A DNA stretch of 35,161 nucleotides from an uncultured Candidatus Saccharibacteria bacterium (GCA_964526535.1 CAZGIU010000002.1:1-35161), one strand, 5' to 3'. Positions 16,188 to 25,513 are shown, numbered from the stretch's first letter. Numbers and translations are program-made. The notes: a model not told the origin generated them from the sequence alone.

Positions 16188-16748
16188 TTATTTAGCACGC
16201 TCTACGTATTTACCGTCTCGGGTATCAACAATGATTCTATTGCCTTTTTTAATAAATAAAGGTGCTTGTAACTTAAAGCCAGTCTCTATAACAACTTCTT
16301 TGTTAGCACTTGATTGAGTGTCCCCCTTAACACCAGGCTGAGATTCTATAACCTCAAATGATATTTTAATGGGTAAATGAAGTCCTATGGCTTTATTACC
16401 AGAAAAAATAACATCGACCTCTTCGCCTTCTTTCAAAAAATTCTTATTTAAAGCAACTATTTTATCAGACAAAGAAAATTGACTAAAATCTTTTGAATTC
16501 ATAAAAAAATACTGCTCATTAGAATTATATAAAAATTGACATTTAACAAAGTTTAATTTAGCTGATTCAATTTTTTCCTGACCCCTAAAAGTTTTTTCTA
16601 TTATTTCTCCAGATTCCAAACTCTTAAGTTTAGCTTTAACAATAGCGCCCCCGCGAGCTATTTTTTTATGATTATAATTAATTACTTCATAAATAAATGA
16701 GTCAATTAAAATATATTTTTCTGATTTTAGATCAGTTGGTTTAAGCAT
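16188..16748 (-). CDS. efp: Translation elongation factor P
   Basis: Three-domain EF-P pattern with C-terminal GDTQSSANKEVVIETG...PLFIKKGNRIIVDTRDGKYVERAK. The loop tip reads KIARGGA, with Arg where E. coli has Lys34. The TAATG start overlaps the rpsR stop. Confidence 0.9.
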   Translation of the reverse strand: MLKPTDLKSEKYILIDSFIYEVINYNHKKIARGGAIVKAKLKSLESGEIIEKTFRGQEKIESAKLNFVKCQFLYNSNEQYFFMNSKDFSQFSLSDKIVALNKNFLKEGEEVDVIFSGNKAIGLHLPIKISFEVIESQPGVKGDTQSSANKEVVIETGFKLQAPLFIKKGNRIIVDTRDGKYVERAK

Positions 16749-16981
16749 TATTTAGAAGTAAAAGGAAGCAAGACAACCATCCTGGCTTTTTTTATTTCTT
16801 TAGCCAGTAATCTTTGATGCTTAGCGCAACATCCTGTTTTTTTGCTAGATTCTATTTTTCCATAAAAAGATAGGTATTTTTGTAAAACCTTAATATTTTT
16901 ATAATCAATTTCCCTTGCTTTATCTTTACAAAATTCACAAAACTTTTTTACCTGATAATATTTTCTTTTATCTTGAAACAT
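16748..16981 (-). CDS. rpsR: 30S ribosomal protein S18
   Basis: IDYKNIKVLQKYLSFYGKIESSKKTGCCAKHQRLLAKEIKKARMVVLLPF. Confidence 0.9.
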   Translation of the reverse strand: MFQDKRKYYQVKKFCEFCKDKAREIDYKNIKVLQKYLSFYGKIESSKKTGCCAKHQRLLAKEIKKARMVVLLPFTSK

Positions 16982-16993
16982 TTATTCTCCTTT

Positions 16994-17455
16994 TTAAAAT
17001 GGTATATCGTCCAAATCAACCTCTTCTATCTCATTTGAGTTAGTTGATTTATTTTTTTTGGTATCTTTAATATCTTGGGGCTCTTCCTTGTCTAAAATAA
17101 CTTTGTCTTCTTCTGACTCAGCCCCTTTTCTGTCTAATAAAATAATGTCAGAAGCTACAATTTCGGTTTTATTTCTTTTAACTCCATCTTGACCCTCCCA
17201 AGATCTAGTTTGTAGTCTTCCTTCAATAAAAATTCTTCTACCTTTTTTAGTGTATTGCTCAACGATTTCAGCTAACTTGCCCCAAGCAACTACATCATGA
17301 AATTCAGCGCTTGTCTGAACTTCCCCAGCTTGATTTTTCCATTGTCTATTGGTAGCTACAGCAAAAGATGCCACAGACTGTCCTGATCCAGTCATTCTCA
17401 TTTCTGCATCTCGAGTCATGTTTCCAATAATCATTACTTTATTTAAATCTTTCAT
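16994..17455 (-). CDS. ssb: Single-stranded DNA-binding protein
   Basis: OB-fold N-terminus LNKVMIIGNMTRDAEMR, ...FHDVVAWGKLAE..., and an acidic C-terminal tip DLDDIPF. Confidence 0.93.
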   Translation of the reverse strand: MKDLNKVMIIGNMTRDAEMRMTGSGQSVASFAVATNRQWKNQAGEVQTSAEFHDVVAWGKLAEIVEQYTKKGRRIFIEGRLQTRSWEGQDGVKRNKTEIVASDIILLDRKGAESEEDKVILDKEEPQDIKDTKKNKSTNSNEIEEVDLDDIPF

Positions 17456-17488
17456 TTTTTACTCCTTTTAGACTCCTTTAATTATAGC

Positions 17489-18013
17489 CTAATCTTTAAG
17501 GATTTCATCTATTTTTTGATCTAACTCTTTTAATCGATCTCTTGAAGAGGTTTCTTTCTTATTATCATCTTGTTTTTTTAAGGTTGTGATTTCTTCTTTA
17601 TCTGATTCCGGTTTCTTAGTAATTTCTTTTTTCGAAACCTCAACTTCTTCTTTTTTTTCTAATAAAGCCTTTTTATCATCTATAGCACTAATTTTTTTAA
17701 TCTTTTTATCCTTAAGTTCCTTGGTTGGCTCTTCTTTTTTGGTTAATAAGTGTCTAATAACCTCTCCAATTAACTTTAATTCTGGTTCTATTTTATTAAC
17801 TTTTTCTCCAATTATAGAAAATTCAAAAATATCATAATAACCATGGTCTTGTTGATCTATTTTATAAGCTAGTTTTCTTCTGCCCCAAAAATCTTCTTTA
17901 ATATCTTTAGCCCCTATTTCTTCAAGATTCTTTTTAACTTTTAGATTAACTTCTTCGGCTAAATCTTCTGGAATTTGACCTTGAACTACAATCATTAACT
18001 CATACTTTTGCAT
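17489..18013 (-). CDS. rpsF: 30S ribosomal protein S6 with a long Lys/Glu-rich C-terminal extension
   Basis: MQKYELMIVV...WGRRKLAYKI...GYY core of about 95 aa, followed by a low-complexity tail of about 80 aa. It sits in the classical rpsF-ssb-rpsR arrangement. Confidence 0.88.
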   Translation of the reverse strand: MQKYELMIVVQGQIPEDLAEEVNLKVKKNLEEIGAKDIKEDFWGRRKLAYKIDQQDHGYYDIFEFSIIGEKVNKIEPELKLIGEVIRHLLTKKEEPTKELKDKKIKKISAIDDKKALLEKKEEVEVSKKEITKKPESDKEEITTLKKQDDNKKETSSRDRLKELDQKIDEILKD

Positions 18014-18192
18014 TTTTTCTCCTTTTTACCTTATTAAACAATTTTATAAATAAAATTCCTCTTTTGGAGGATTTAATAGGGTGAATAAAAAATTTCCTCC
18101 TTATGGACTTTGGCCCACGCTTCAAGAACGCAAGCAAAAAGGATTAACTTTATTTATTTGTAAAGAAATTTTAGCTCAAAAAAGCAAGAGTG

Positions 18193-19245
18193 TCAAGAAC
18201 TAAACTTAAATATCATTACATCACCATCCTGAACTATATAATCTTTTCCCTCAAGTCTTACCTTACCTTTTTCTTTTGCACTTGACCAACCACCTAAATC
18301 AACCAATTCTTGCCAGTTAATCGTTTCTGCTTTAATAAAACCTTTCTCAAAATCTGTATGAATTTCACCTGCCGCTTGAGGTGCTTTAAAACCCTTTTTA
18401 ATTGTCCAAGCATGAACTTCCTGTTCACCAGCTGTAAAGTAGGTTTCAAGACCTAAAAGAGTATATGCTTTTTTAATTAAAATATTTAAACCTCTATCTT
18501 CTTGTCCTATTGATAATAAGTATTCTTTTATATCTTCTTCTGACATTCCCTCAAGCTCTTCCTCTGTTTTTACTGAAATCTTTATACTACCTGAAATATC
18601 ACTTTCACATTTACCATCTTCTCCAACATTTAGTAAGTATAAATGAGGTTTTATAGTTAAAAGATTAAATTCTTTTAGAAGAAATTTTTCATCATCAGTT
18701 AAATCAATGTCTCTTATTGGAATCCCTTTATTTAATTCTTCTTTTACTCTTAAAATAATATCTAAAAAGGGTTTTTGCTTTATATCTTTTTTTACTTCTT
18801 TTTCTAAGCGTTCTGATGCTTTTTCTATAGTTTCCATATCCGCAAGAATAAGTTCTGTTTTTATCGTTTCTGCATCAGATATTGGACTAACCTCACCAGA
18901 AACATGATGAACATTAGAATCAGAAAAGCACCTTACAACTTCTACAATTGCATCACATTCACGAATATTTGCTAAAAATTTATTTCCTAAGCCTTCACCT
19001 TTACTTGCGCCTGCAACAAGACCTGCAATATCAACAAATTTTACGATAGCCGGAACTATTTTTTGAGTATTAACGACTTTAGCCAGTTTTTCTAATCTAT
19101 CATCCGGCACTGAAACTATTCCTATATTTGGCTCAATAGTGCAAAAAGGATAATTTGAAGCCTCTGCTTGATTTTTAGTTAAAATATTAAATAATGATGA
19201 TTTGCCAACATTTGGCAAACCAACTATTCCAATTGATAAATTCAT
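18193..19245 (-). CDS. ychF: Ribosome-binding ATPase YchF (Obg-family)
   Basis: GIVGLPNVGKSSLFN P-loop, FCTIEPN, DIAGLV and the C-terminal TGS-like RLEGKDYIVQDGDVMIFKF. Confidence 0.93.
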   Translation of the reverse strand: MNLSIGIVGLPNVGKSSLFNILTKNQAEASNYPFCTIEPNIGIVSVPDDRLEKLAKVVNTQKIVPAIVKFVDIAGLVAGASKGEGLGNKFLANIRECDAIVEVVRCFSDSNVHHVSGEVSPISDAETIKTELILADMETIEKASERLEKEVKKDIKQKPFLDIILRVKEELNKGIPIRDIDLTDDEKFLLKEFNLLTIKPHLYLLNVGEDGKCESDISGSIKISVKTEEELEGMSEEDIKEYLLSIGQEDRGLNILIKKAYTLLGLETYFTAGEQEVHAWTIKKGFKAPQAAGEIHTDFEKGFIKAETINWQELVDLGGWSSAKEKGKVRLEGKDYIVQDGDVMIFKFSS

Positions 19246-19302
19246 ATAATCCCTTTCATTTCTATTTAATAATACTTGGTTTTAATAAAATTTCAAAAAT
19301 AG

Positions 19303-19308
19303 TATAAT
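19303..19308 (+). promoter_or_regulatory. Consensus -10 box (TATAAT) placed 4 nt upstream of the structured element
   Basis: TATAAT lies at 19303-19308. There is no good -35 and no TGn extension. The predicted transcription start (about 19314-19316) falls at the first bases of the 14-bp outer stem. Confidence 0.45.
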
Positions 19309-19312
19309 TAAT

Positions 19313-19438
19313 GTTGTCTACACCAGTTTTGATTGCCGCATAAAATTATGCGAGTGATTGCTCCAAAAATAGGGCAATCACTCGAAATCAGGGAGCAATC
19401 CTTGCTGGTGTAGACAACCTAGAGTGGTTGTCCTTTTT
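19313..19438 (+). promoter_or_regulatory. Candidate structured leader RNA or sRNA: 14-bp closing helix, nested and alternative internal helices, overlapping intrinsic terminator
   Basis: Perfect 14-bp inverted repeat gttgtctacaccag (19313-19326) / ctggtgtagacaac (19405-19418). Internal hairpin cgcat-aaaatt-atgcg (19337-19352). 11-bp hairpin cgagtgattgc (19351-19361) / gcaatcactcg (19374-19384). Competing pairings are gattgctcc (19356-19364) / ggagcaatc (19392-19400) and tgattgcc (19330-19337) / ggcaatca (19373-19380). The element is GC-richer than its flanks. Confidence 0.5.
19413..19438 (+). terminator. Intrinsic terminator whose 5' arm is shared with the 3' arm of the 14-bp helix
   Basis: Stem gacaacc (19413-19419), loop tagagt, stem ggttgtc (19426-19432), then c and ttttt (19434-19438). 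It lies 26 nt upstream of the ATG at 19465. Confidence 0.55.
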
Positions 19439-19464
19439 ATTTAAAATTAATTAATGGAGGTAAA

Positions 19465-20070
19465 ATGAAAAAATGTCCAAAATGTAAAGAAGAAATTGCA
19501 GATGATGCAAAAGTTTGCAAACATTGTGGAGCTAAAATTAGACTTACTAAAGGAGTAATTTTAGGTGTTATTGTTTTAGTAGTCATTGCCATTGCTGTAA
19601 TAGGTGGTAGTAGCTCAAACGAACCTCAAAAAGTTGGTAAAACAAATACTCAAAATACAAACACAAACCAAAAAACAGAAACAAAAACATATAAAATTAG
19701 TGAGCAGATAAAACTCAAAGATAATATCCTTACTGTTTACAGCGTAGCGGATTACAAATCAAAAAATGAGTTTACACAACCAGAAAAAGGTAAAAAATTT
19801 GTAATAATTGATATTGGTATAGAAAACGGAGGCACAGAACCTATTGATTACAATCCTTACAATTTCAAGCTTCAGGACAATAAGGATTATTCGTATGAAT
19901 ACTCTTGGATGGGAGATAAGGAACCTCGTTTTAGCTCTGGAACACTTCAATCAGGAGAAAAAACAAGAGGTTTTATAACTTTTGAGATAACCTCCGACAA
20001 CACTCCTAGTAAATTAACCTTTACTCCTTCTTTCTGGTCAACAGAACAAATTATCGTTTCCCTGCAATAA
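19465..20070 (+). CDS. Zinc-ribbon / single transmembrane helix / DUF4352-like extracytoplasmic domain protein
   Basis: N-terminal CPKCKEEIADDAKVCKHCGAK zinc ribbon, a transmembrane helix (GVILGVIVLVVIAIAVIGG), a Thr/Asn/Gln-rich linker and a beta-rich domain with KFVIIDIGIENGG...GEKTRGFITFEI, typical of DUF4352. Strong SD ggagg. Confidence 0.7.
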   Translation: MKKCPKCKEEIADDAKVCKHCGAKIRLTKGVILGVIVLVVIAIAVIGGSSSNEPQKVGKTNTQNTNTNQKTETKTYKISEQIKLKDNILTVYSVADYKSKNEFTQPEKGKKFVIIDIGIENGGTEPIDYNPYNFKLQDNKDYSYEYSWMGDKEPRFSSGTLQSGEKTRGFITFEITSDNTPSKLTFTPSFWSTEQIIVSLQ

Positions 20071-20076
20071 GAAAAT

Positions 20077-20105
20077 AAAAAAGGGCACTGAAAGAGCCCT
20101 TTTTT
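20077..20105. terminator. Bidirectional terminator between convergent genes
   Basis: aaaaaagggc-actgaaaga-gccctttttt. The A-run and T-run allow it to work on either strand. It overlaps the xerC/D stop codon. Confidence 0.6.
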
Positions 20106-21030
20106 ATTTTCTCCTTTTTCCATGAAAGGCTTGGTGAACTTCTTTAAGTTGTTTATTAGTTACATGAGTATAAATTTGGGTTGTTGTTATTGAAGCGTGC
20201 CCTAACATTGTTTGTACAGAACGAATATCTGCTCCATTCTGAAGTAAATCTGTTGCAAAAAGATGGCGAAGCCCATGCGGAGTAATTTGCCTCACAACTC
20301 CGCCAAGTTTGGCATATTTTTTGACAATCCGCTGAACGCTTCTTTGGGTTAATCTTTTTCCCTCCCCATCAGAGGCTATATCTTCTTTCCCGCGAAAGTT
20401 AATAAAAACTGCTTTAAAATTATCGCGCCTTTTTGAAAGATATTTTTCAAGCCAACTTTTAGAATTTTCATCCAGAAAAACAACCCTGTCTTTTCTGCCC
20501 TTACCTCTAACCATAAATTCGCCTGTTTTTAAATTTATTTTATCTCTATCAAGCCCGACTAATTCTGACACACGAAGTCCGGTAGAAAAAAGGGTTTCTA
20601 AGATTGCTCTGTCTCTTAAGCCTTCTTTCTTAGAAATATCTATAGAGCCTATCATTCTTTCAAATTCATCAACAGAGATTACATCAAGTTGTTTTTTAGT
20701 AAAATCCCCAAGTTCAACTTTTTCTGGAGCTAAAGTTGTAATATCTCTTTTGGCCATATATTTTAAGAAAGCCCTAAGTGCAATAATATGGTAGTTTTGA
20801 GTTATTTTTTTAAGTTCACGACCTTTATCATCTGTAAATCTGTTTAAAAAAAGTCTAAATTTGCGAACTAAATCTAAGGTTACGTCTTTTGGACTACTAG
20901 CTCCATCTTTTTGAGCAAAATCTAAAAAACGTTCAAGATAATGGTCATAATTTTCTATAGTAAGTTGACTTCTATTCCGCTCAACTTCCAAGTATTCTAA
21001 AAACTCTATTTTTAATTCTTTTAAATTCAT
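20104..21030 (-). CDS. Tyrosine site-specific recombinase, XerC/XerD family
   Basis: N-terminal SAM-like core-binding domain (FLEYLEVERNRSQLTIENY). Catalytic region ...TGLRVSEL..., HGLRHLFATDLLQNGADIRSVQTMLGHASITTTQIYTHV. XerC and XerD cannot be told apart by eye. Confidence 0.85.
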   Translation of the reverse strand: MNLKELKIEFLEYLEVERNRSQLTIENYDHYLERFLDFAQKDGASSPKDVTLDLVRKFRLFLNRFTDDKGRELKKITQNYHIIALRAFLKYMAKRDITTLAPEKVELGDFTKKQLDVISVDEFERMIGSIDISKKEGLRDRAILETLFSTGLRVSELVGLDRDKINLKTGEFMVRGKGRKDRVVFLDENSKSWLEKYLSKRRDNFKAVFINFRGKEDIASDGEGKRLTQRSVQRIVKKYAKLGGVVRQITPHGLRHLFATDLLQNGADIRSVQTMLGHASITTTQIYTHVTNKQLKEVHQAFHGKRRK

Positions 21031-21077
21031 AAATGTTTACAATACCTTTGTCGCACAATATAATTATAGCTTAACTT

Positions 21078-22898
21078 ATGATAATAAAAAACAAAACATA
21101 CGATATTATAGTAATCGGTGGTGGTCATGCCGGCTGTGAAGCAGCTTTTATTGCATCCAAGATGCGATTAAAAACTGCTTTAGTTTCTATGGATTTAAAA
21201 AAATTAGCAGCCATGCCTTGTAACCCAGCAATTGGCGGACCTGGTAAAGGTCATTTAGTTCGTGAAATTGGAGTTTTAGGTGGAATTATGGCAACTCTTG
21301 CAGATAAGACTTTAATACAAATAAGAATGCTAAATACCTCAAAAGGTCCAGCAGTTCAAGCCTACAGAGCCCAAATAGAAAAAGAAGATTACTCCAAAGA
21401 AATGCTAAAAATTCTTAAAAAGCAAAAAAATCTAACTTTAATAGATGACGAAGTTATAAAAATCAATACAGAAAATAAAAAAGTATCTTCAGTGAATCTT
21501 AAAAAAAATGGACAACTAAAAGCAGAGTCAGTAATTGTTACTACTGGAACATTTTTAAACGGTGAAATTTATTTAGGCAACCAAAGACTTAGAAAAGGAG
21601 GAAGAATTGATGCCGATTCCTCTGATTTTTTATCAGAAAGTCTTAAGGAAATGGGCCTTAATTTAGGACGCTTAAAAACAGGCACCCCACCAAGGGTTTT
21701 AAAAACATCTGTTGACACTTCAAAAACCATAAAGCAAGATGGCACAGAAGGTAAGCATTCTTTCTCTCTGCCTTTAAGGGAAATTTTACCAATTTCAAAA
21801 CAAATGCCCTGCTATCTTGCTTATACTAATAAAAAAACTCATCGAGTTATTGAGGAAAATAAAGAAGCCTCCCCGATAATTTCAGGAACCATTACTGAAG
21901 AAGCTCCTCGCCATTGTCCATCACTTGACAGGAAGGTTTTGAAGTTTCCTAACAGAGAAAAACATCCAATTTTTATTGAACCAATGGGCAAAAAATCAAA
22001 CCTTTTATATCTACAGGGTTGCTCAATATCATTTCCAATAAAAATTCAAGAAAAAATATTACAAACAATGCCAGCCTTAAAAAATGTAAAAATAGAAATA
22101 CCTGGCTATGCTATTGTTTATGACTATGTTAAGCCTCAAGAATTAAAACCTACACTAGAAACCAAAAAAATATCTAATCTATTCTTAGCCGGTCAAATCA
22201 ATGGCACATCTGGATATGAAGAAGCAGCTGCCCAAGGATTAATGGCTGGTATTAATGCCAGTTTAAAATTAAAGAATAAAAAACCTTTTATCCTAAAAAG
22301 AAATGAAGCTTATATCGGTGTTTTAATTGATGATTTAATAACTAAAATTCATAAAGAACCTTATAGAATATATACGGGTTCAGCCGAATATAGATTACTT
22401 TTAAGACAAACAAATGCTGACTTAAGATTGACTGATTATGCTTATAAGTTAGAACTGATAGACCATAAAACATATCAAAAAACTGTTGATAAGCAAGAAA
22501 AGCTTATTAATATTTCTAATTTAATGAAAAAAACCAACCAAAAAGGTAAAACCTTATGGCAACTTTTAAAACAACCTGGGTTAACTATCAATAATTTCAA
22601 AGAAAAATATAACTTCCTTAAAAAAATTCCTGAAGAAATAACAAAAGAGATAGAAATTGAAGCAAAATATGAGGATTACATTAAAAGACAAGAAAATCTA
22701 GTGAGAAAAGAAAAAGAACTTGAAAACAAAAGCCTAATAGGGATAGATTTTGAAAAAATAAACACTATTAGAACTCTAGCCAAAGAAAGATTAAAAGAAA
22801 TTAAACCTATTTCTATTGGTCAAGCAAGTAGAATTGCCGGAGTTACAGCTGCTGATATTTCTGCTCTTTTAATTTATCTAAAAAAAACTAAAAAATAA
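21078..22898 (+). CDS. mnmG: tRNA uridine-5-carboxymethylaminomethyl modification enzyme MnmG (GidA)
   Basis: FAD motif YDIIVIGGGHAGCEAA, MPCNPAIGGPGKGHLVREI, LAGQINGTSGYEEAAAQG and a C-terminal helical domain. Length is 606 aa. Confidence 0.93.
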   Translation: MIIKNKTYDIIVIGGGHAGCEAAFIASKMRLKTALVSMDLKKLAAMPCNPAIGGPGKGHLVREIGVLGGIMATLADKTLIQIRMLNTSKGPAVQAYRAQIEKEDYSKEMLKILKKQKNLTLIDDEVIKINTENKKVSSVNLKKNGQLKAESVIVTTGTFLNGEIYLGNQRLRKGGRIDADSSDFLSESLKEMGLNLGRLKTGTPPRVLKTSVDTSKTIKQDGTEGKHSFSLPLREILPISKQMPCYLAYTNKKTHRVIEENKEASPIISGTITEEAPRHCPSLDRKVLKFPNREKHPIFIEPMGKKSNLLYLQGCSISFPIKIQEKILQTMPALKNVKIEIPGYAIVYDYVKPQELKPTLETKKISNLFLAGQINGTSGYEEAAAQGLMAGINASLKLKNKKPFILKRNEAYIGVLIDDLITKIHKEPYRIYTGSAEYRLLLRQTNADLRLTDYAYKLELIDHKTYQKTVDKQEKLINISNLMKKTNQKGKTLWQLLKQPGLTINNFKEKYNFLKKIPEEITKEIEIEAKYEDYIKRQENLVRKEKELENKSLIGIDFEKINTIRTLAKERLKEIKPISIGQASRIAGVTAADISALLIYLKKTKK

Positions 22899-23511
22899 TT
22901 TTACCCAATACGAGATTTATAATCTCCCAGGAATAACCTTTTCTTAAAAGAAAACCTATTAATTTCTGTCTTTTTTTATACTTATCTTCATCCTTATAAG
23001 TTAAAACTTTTCTTTCAGCTAATTCTAAAGCTTTGTTAAATTCTTCTTTCTGGCTTATTTTAGATAATTTTTTATCAATTATTTCGGTATTAACTTTTTT
23101 CTTCCTAAGTTCTAAAAAAATTCTTCTTTTGCCGAGCGAACTAAAATTAAGTCGGTGATTTATCCAATCTTCAGTAAATTTTTCATCGTTTAAAAGCTCT
23201 AATTTAACTAAATCATCAATAACTTTTTTAACTTCATTTTGATGATATTTTTTTTCTAAAAGTTTTTCTTCCAATTCAGCCATACTGCGAGGCCTTATAG
23301 ATAAAAGCCTTAAAGCCTTGTTTTTTATTTTTACAAAAGAACTGGAACTTTTTATTTCCTCAAGTTCCTTATCTGATATTTCTTTACCAAGATAAATATC
23401 AAAATCTATAATCTCTAAATTAGAAACACTAATAGCAAATTTCTCATCTATAAAAATATTGAAACGATTGTCTCGTTTTTTCTGCTTTTCAATCTTAGTA
23501 ACTTTGCCCAT
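22888..23511 (-). CDS. recX: Recombination regulator RecX
   Basis: It lies immediately downstream of recA and has the three-repeat helical pattern typical of RecX (...ALRLLSIRPRSMAELEEKL...). Its 3' end overlaps the mnmG 3' end by 11 nt in convergent orientation. Confidence 0.75.
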   Translation of the reverse strand: MGKVTKIEKQKKRDNRFNIFIDEKFAISVSNLEIIDFDIYLGKEISDKELEEIKSSSSFVKIKNKALRLLSIRPRSMAELEEKLLEKKYHQNEVKKVIDDLVKLELLNDEKFTEDWINHRLNFSSLGKRRIFLELRKKKVNTEIIDKKLSKISQKEEFNKALELAERKVLTYKDEDKYKKRQKLIGFLLRKGYSWEIINLVLGKIIF

Positions 23512-23514
23512 TTA

Positions 23515-24525
23515 CTAAGCTTCTTTTTTACCCGATCTAATAGCTTTCTCTATTTCTTTAGCAGTTTTTTTATTATCCTTAAGATATTGTTTAGCTGCCT
23601 CACGGCCTTGGCCTAATTTTTCCTGACCGTATTGATACCAAGAACCTGATTTGGCAACAATTCCTTCTTTAGCAGCTAAATCTAAAACATCGCCTTCTCT
23701 GGAAATTCCCTCGTTATACATAATGTCAAATTCAGCTTGTTTAAAGGGAGCAGCAACCTTATTTTTGACTACTTTAACTCTTACTCTGTTACCAATAATA
23801 TTCTCACCATCTTTAATCTGACCAATTCTTCTTATGTCTAATCTAACTGAGGAATAAAACTTAAGAGCATTACCACCAGGAGTTGTTTCAGGATTACCAA
23901 ACATAACACCTATTTTCATTCTAATTTGATTAATAAAAATTATTGTACAGCTTGATTTAGCAATAGCTCCTGTTAATTTCCTCATTGCTTGACTCATTAA
24001 GCGAGCCTGAAGGCCTATATAAGAATCGCCCATATCTCCTTCTATTTCAACTCGAGGAACTAAAGCAGCTACAGAATCAACCACTACCAAATCAACTGCA
24101 TTTGATCGAACTAAAGTTTCAGCAATTTCTAGAGCCTGCTCCCCTGTATCTGGCTGAGAGATTAAAAGATCATTCATATTAACACCAACATTTTTAGCAT
24201 ATTCTGGATCCATGGCGTGTTCAGCATCAATAAAAGCTGCAGAACCACCGGCTTTTTGAACTTCAGCTACAATATGTTGAGCCAAGGTTGTTTTCCCTGA
24301 TGACTCAGGTCCAAAAATTTCAATAATCCTGCCTCTAGGAATGCCACCAATACCTAAAGCCATATCAAGTGATATTGAACCTGTTGAAATAGAATCAACA
24401 TCAACTTTTTTAGTTTCACCAAGTTTCATAATAGCACATTTTCCAAAACGTTTTTCAATTTGCTCAACCGCTTCTTGGGCAGCTCTTAATCTTTCTTTTT
24501 GATTTTGATTTTTATCTTGAGCCAT
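23515..24525 (-). CDS. recA: Recombinase RecA
   Basis: [18 protein letters not shown] Walker [49 protein letters not shown]. Confidence 0.97.
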   Translation of the reverse strand: MAQDKNQNQKERLRAAQEAVEQIEKRFGKCAIMKLGETKKVDVDSISTGSISLDMALGIGGIPRGRIIEIFGPESSGKTTLAQHIVAEVQKAGGSAAFIDAEHAMDPEYAKNVGVNMNDLLISQPDTGEQALEIAETLVRSNAVDLVVVDSVAALVPRVEIEGDMGDSYIGLQARLMSQAMRKLTGAIAKSSCTIIFINQIRMKIGVMFGNPETTPGGNALKFYSSVRLDIRRIGQIKDGENIIGNRVRVKVVKNKVAAPFKQAEFDIMYNEGISREGDVLDLAAKEGIVAKSGSWYQYGQEKLGQGREAAKQYLKDNKKTAKEIEKAIRSGKKEA

Positions 24526-24536
24526 TTTTTCTCCTT

Positions 24537-25511
24537 TTATTTGTTCAAAATAGTTTGTTTATCAATTCTAAAATCTTTTATAAATTCACCATCATCACCT
24601 AAAGTACCTATTTCTTTTCCATTAAAAATTATTTTGGTACTGCCTGCATTACCAGTTGAAATTAAAAAACTTTCTTTTGCTTGAAAATCTTTTTTAGAAC
24701 CAGGCAACATAATACCATTAAACTGTTCTTCTCCGTCTGAAACTATTTTAATTGATGATGTTTTTGGGCCAATCTCCAGACTTAATATCAAAAAGTCTCC
24801 TTCTTGATTTTCATTAATAGGAGAAACATGGGGTATATCAGCTAAAATATTTCTGGTAGATTCAGTCTTTTTATTATTTTTAGGATTTTTAGCTAAAATT
24901 GAAATCGTATTTAAGCCATTCTGAGCAATACTTACTGTAACTTTAAATTCACCTTCGTCTGAAATGTTAACTTGTTGACCATTAACAAATAAATCAGTGC
25001 CTGAGTCAGTTTTACCTGTAATATCTACAAAACTGCGATTAATGGTTTCATTTTCTTTTGGACTAAAAATTTCTAATCTTGGAGGTGAAGTAAAAATAAA
25101 GAATTCATAAACTAAGTAGCTAAAAACTCCTAAAAAAGATAGACCCACCAGAGCAAAAACAAAAGTCTTGGGCGTTATAAATACTTTTGGAGTTTTATAG
25201 TTAGTCTGATTTTTTTTCTTACCAACCTTTATATTATCAACAATACCCTTTTCTTTTTCATACCATTCTAAAACTTTATCTGATGGAATTTTTAAAACCT
25301 TTGAATAATTTTTTAAAAACCCCCTTGCATAAACATTAGAAGGCAAAACCTCATAATTATTTTCTTCAATAGCTTTTAAATATTTTTTTCTAATTTTAGT
25401 TCTTTTTTCAACCTCATCATAAGTTAATTTAAGATTTAGCCTAATTTTTTTAAGCTTTTCTCCCAAAGTTTCATGAGGCTTAACTTCTACTGTAGTAAAT
25501 TTAGGAACCAT
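24537..25511 (-). CDS. RodZ-like helix-turn-helix membrane protein
   Basis: XRE-type HTH ([58 protein letters not shown]), a single transmembrane helix and a beta-rich C-terminal domain. Confidence 0.65.
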   Translation of the reverse strand: MVPKFTTVEVKPHETLGEKLKKIRLNLKLTYDEVEKRTKIRKKYLKAIEENNYEVLPSNVYARGFLKNYSKVLKIPSDKVLEWYEKEKGIVDNIKVGKKKNQTNYKTPKVFITPKTFVFALVGLSFLGVFSYLVYEFFIFTSPPRLEIFSPKENETINRSFVDITGKTDSGTDLFVNGQQVNISDEGEFKVTVSIAQNGLNTISILAKNPKNNKKTESTRNILADIPHVSPINENQEGDFLILSLEIGPKTSSIKIVSDGEEQFNGIMLPGSKKDFQAKESFLISTGNAGSTKIIFNGKEIGTLGDDGEFIKDFRIDKQTILNK

Positions 25512-25513
25512 AA

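Noticed and set aside
18081-18203. A 40-codon plus-strand ORF (GTG start, GGAGG 9 nt upstream; MNKKFPPYGLWPTLQERKQKGLTLFICKEILAQKSKSVKN) in the ychF-rpsF spacer. The same spacer also has hairpins ggagga/tcctcc and tcctc-caaaa-gagga on the minus strand.
   Set aside because: The ORF runs antisense to the rpsF leader and into the 3' end of ychF. It has no recognisable motif, and the GGAGG is also one arm of a hairpin. The hairpins may belong to an rpsF leader or a ychF terminator, but I could not support a specific model, including the known S6:S18-binding leader, from the sequence alone.
19331-19356. A dif-like Xer recombination site. tgccgcataa-aa-ttatgcgagtg resembles the GCGCATAA / TTATG arms of E. 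coli dif, and a xerC/D gene lies about 700 bp away.
   Set aside because: The two ATAA/TTAT arm ends are separated by only 2 nt, not the 6-8 nt central region a Xer site needs. The palindrome is better explained as one hairpin of the larger nested structure. The resemblance is limited to a short AT-rich palindrome.
19465-21030. The tyrosine recombinase plus the adjacent accessory-looking zinc-ribbon/DUF4352 gene as an integrated mobile element.
   Set aside because: I saw no flanking direct repeats, tRNA target, or phage, plasmid or transposase genes. The recombinase has the size and motifs of chromosomal XerC/XerD. Both neighbours (ychF, mnmG) are core genes.
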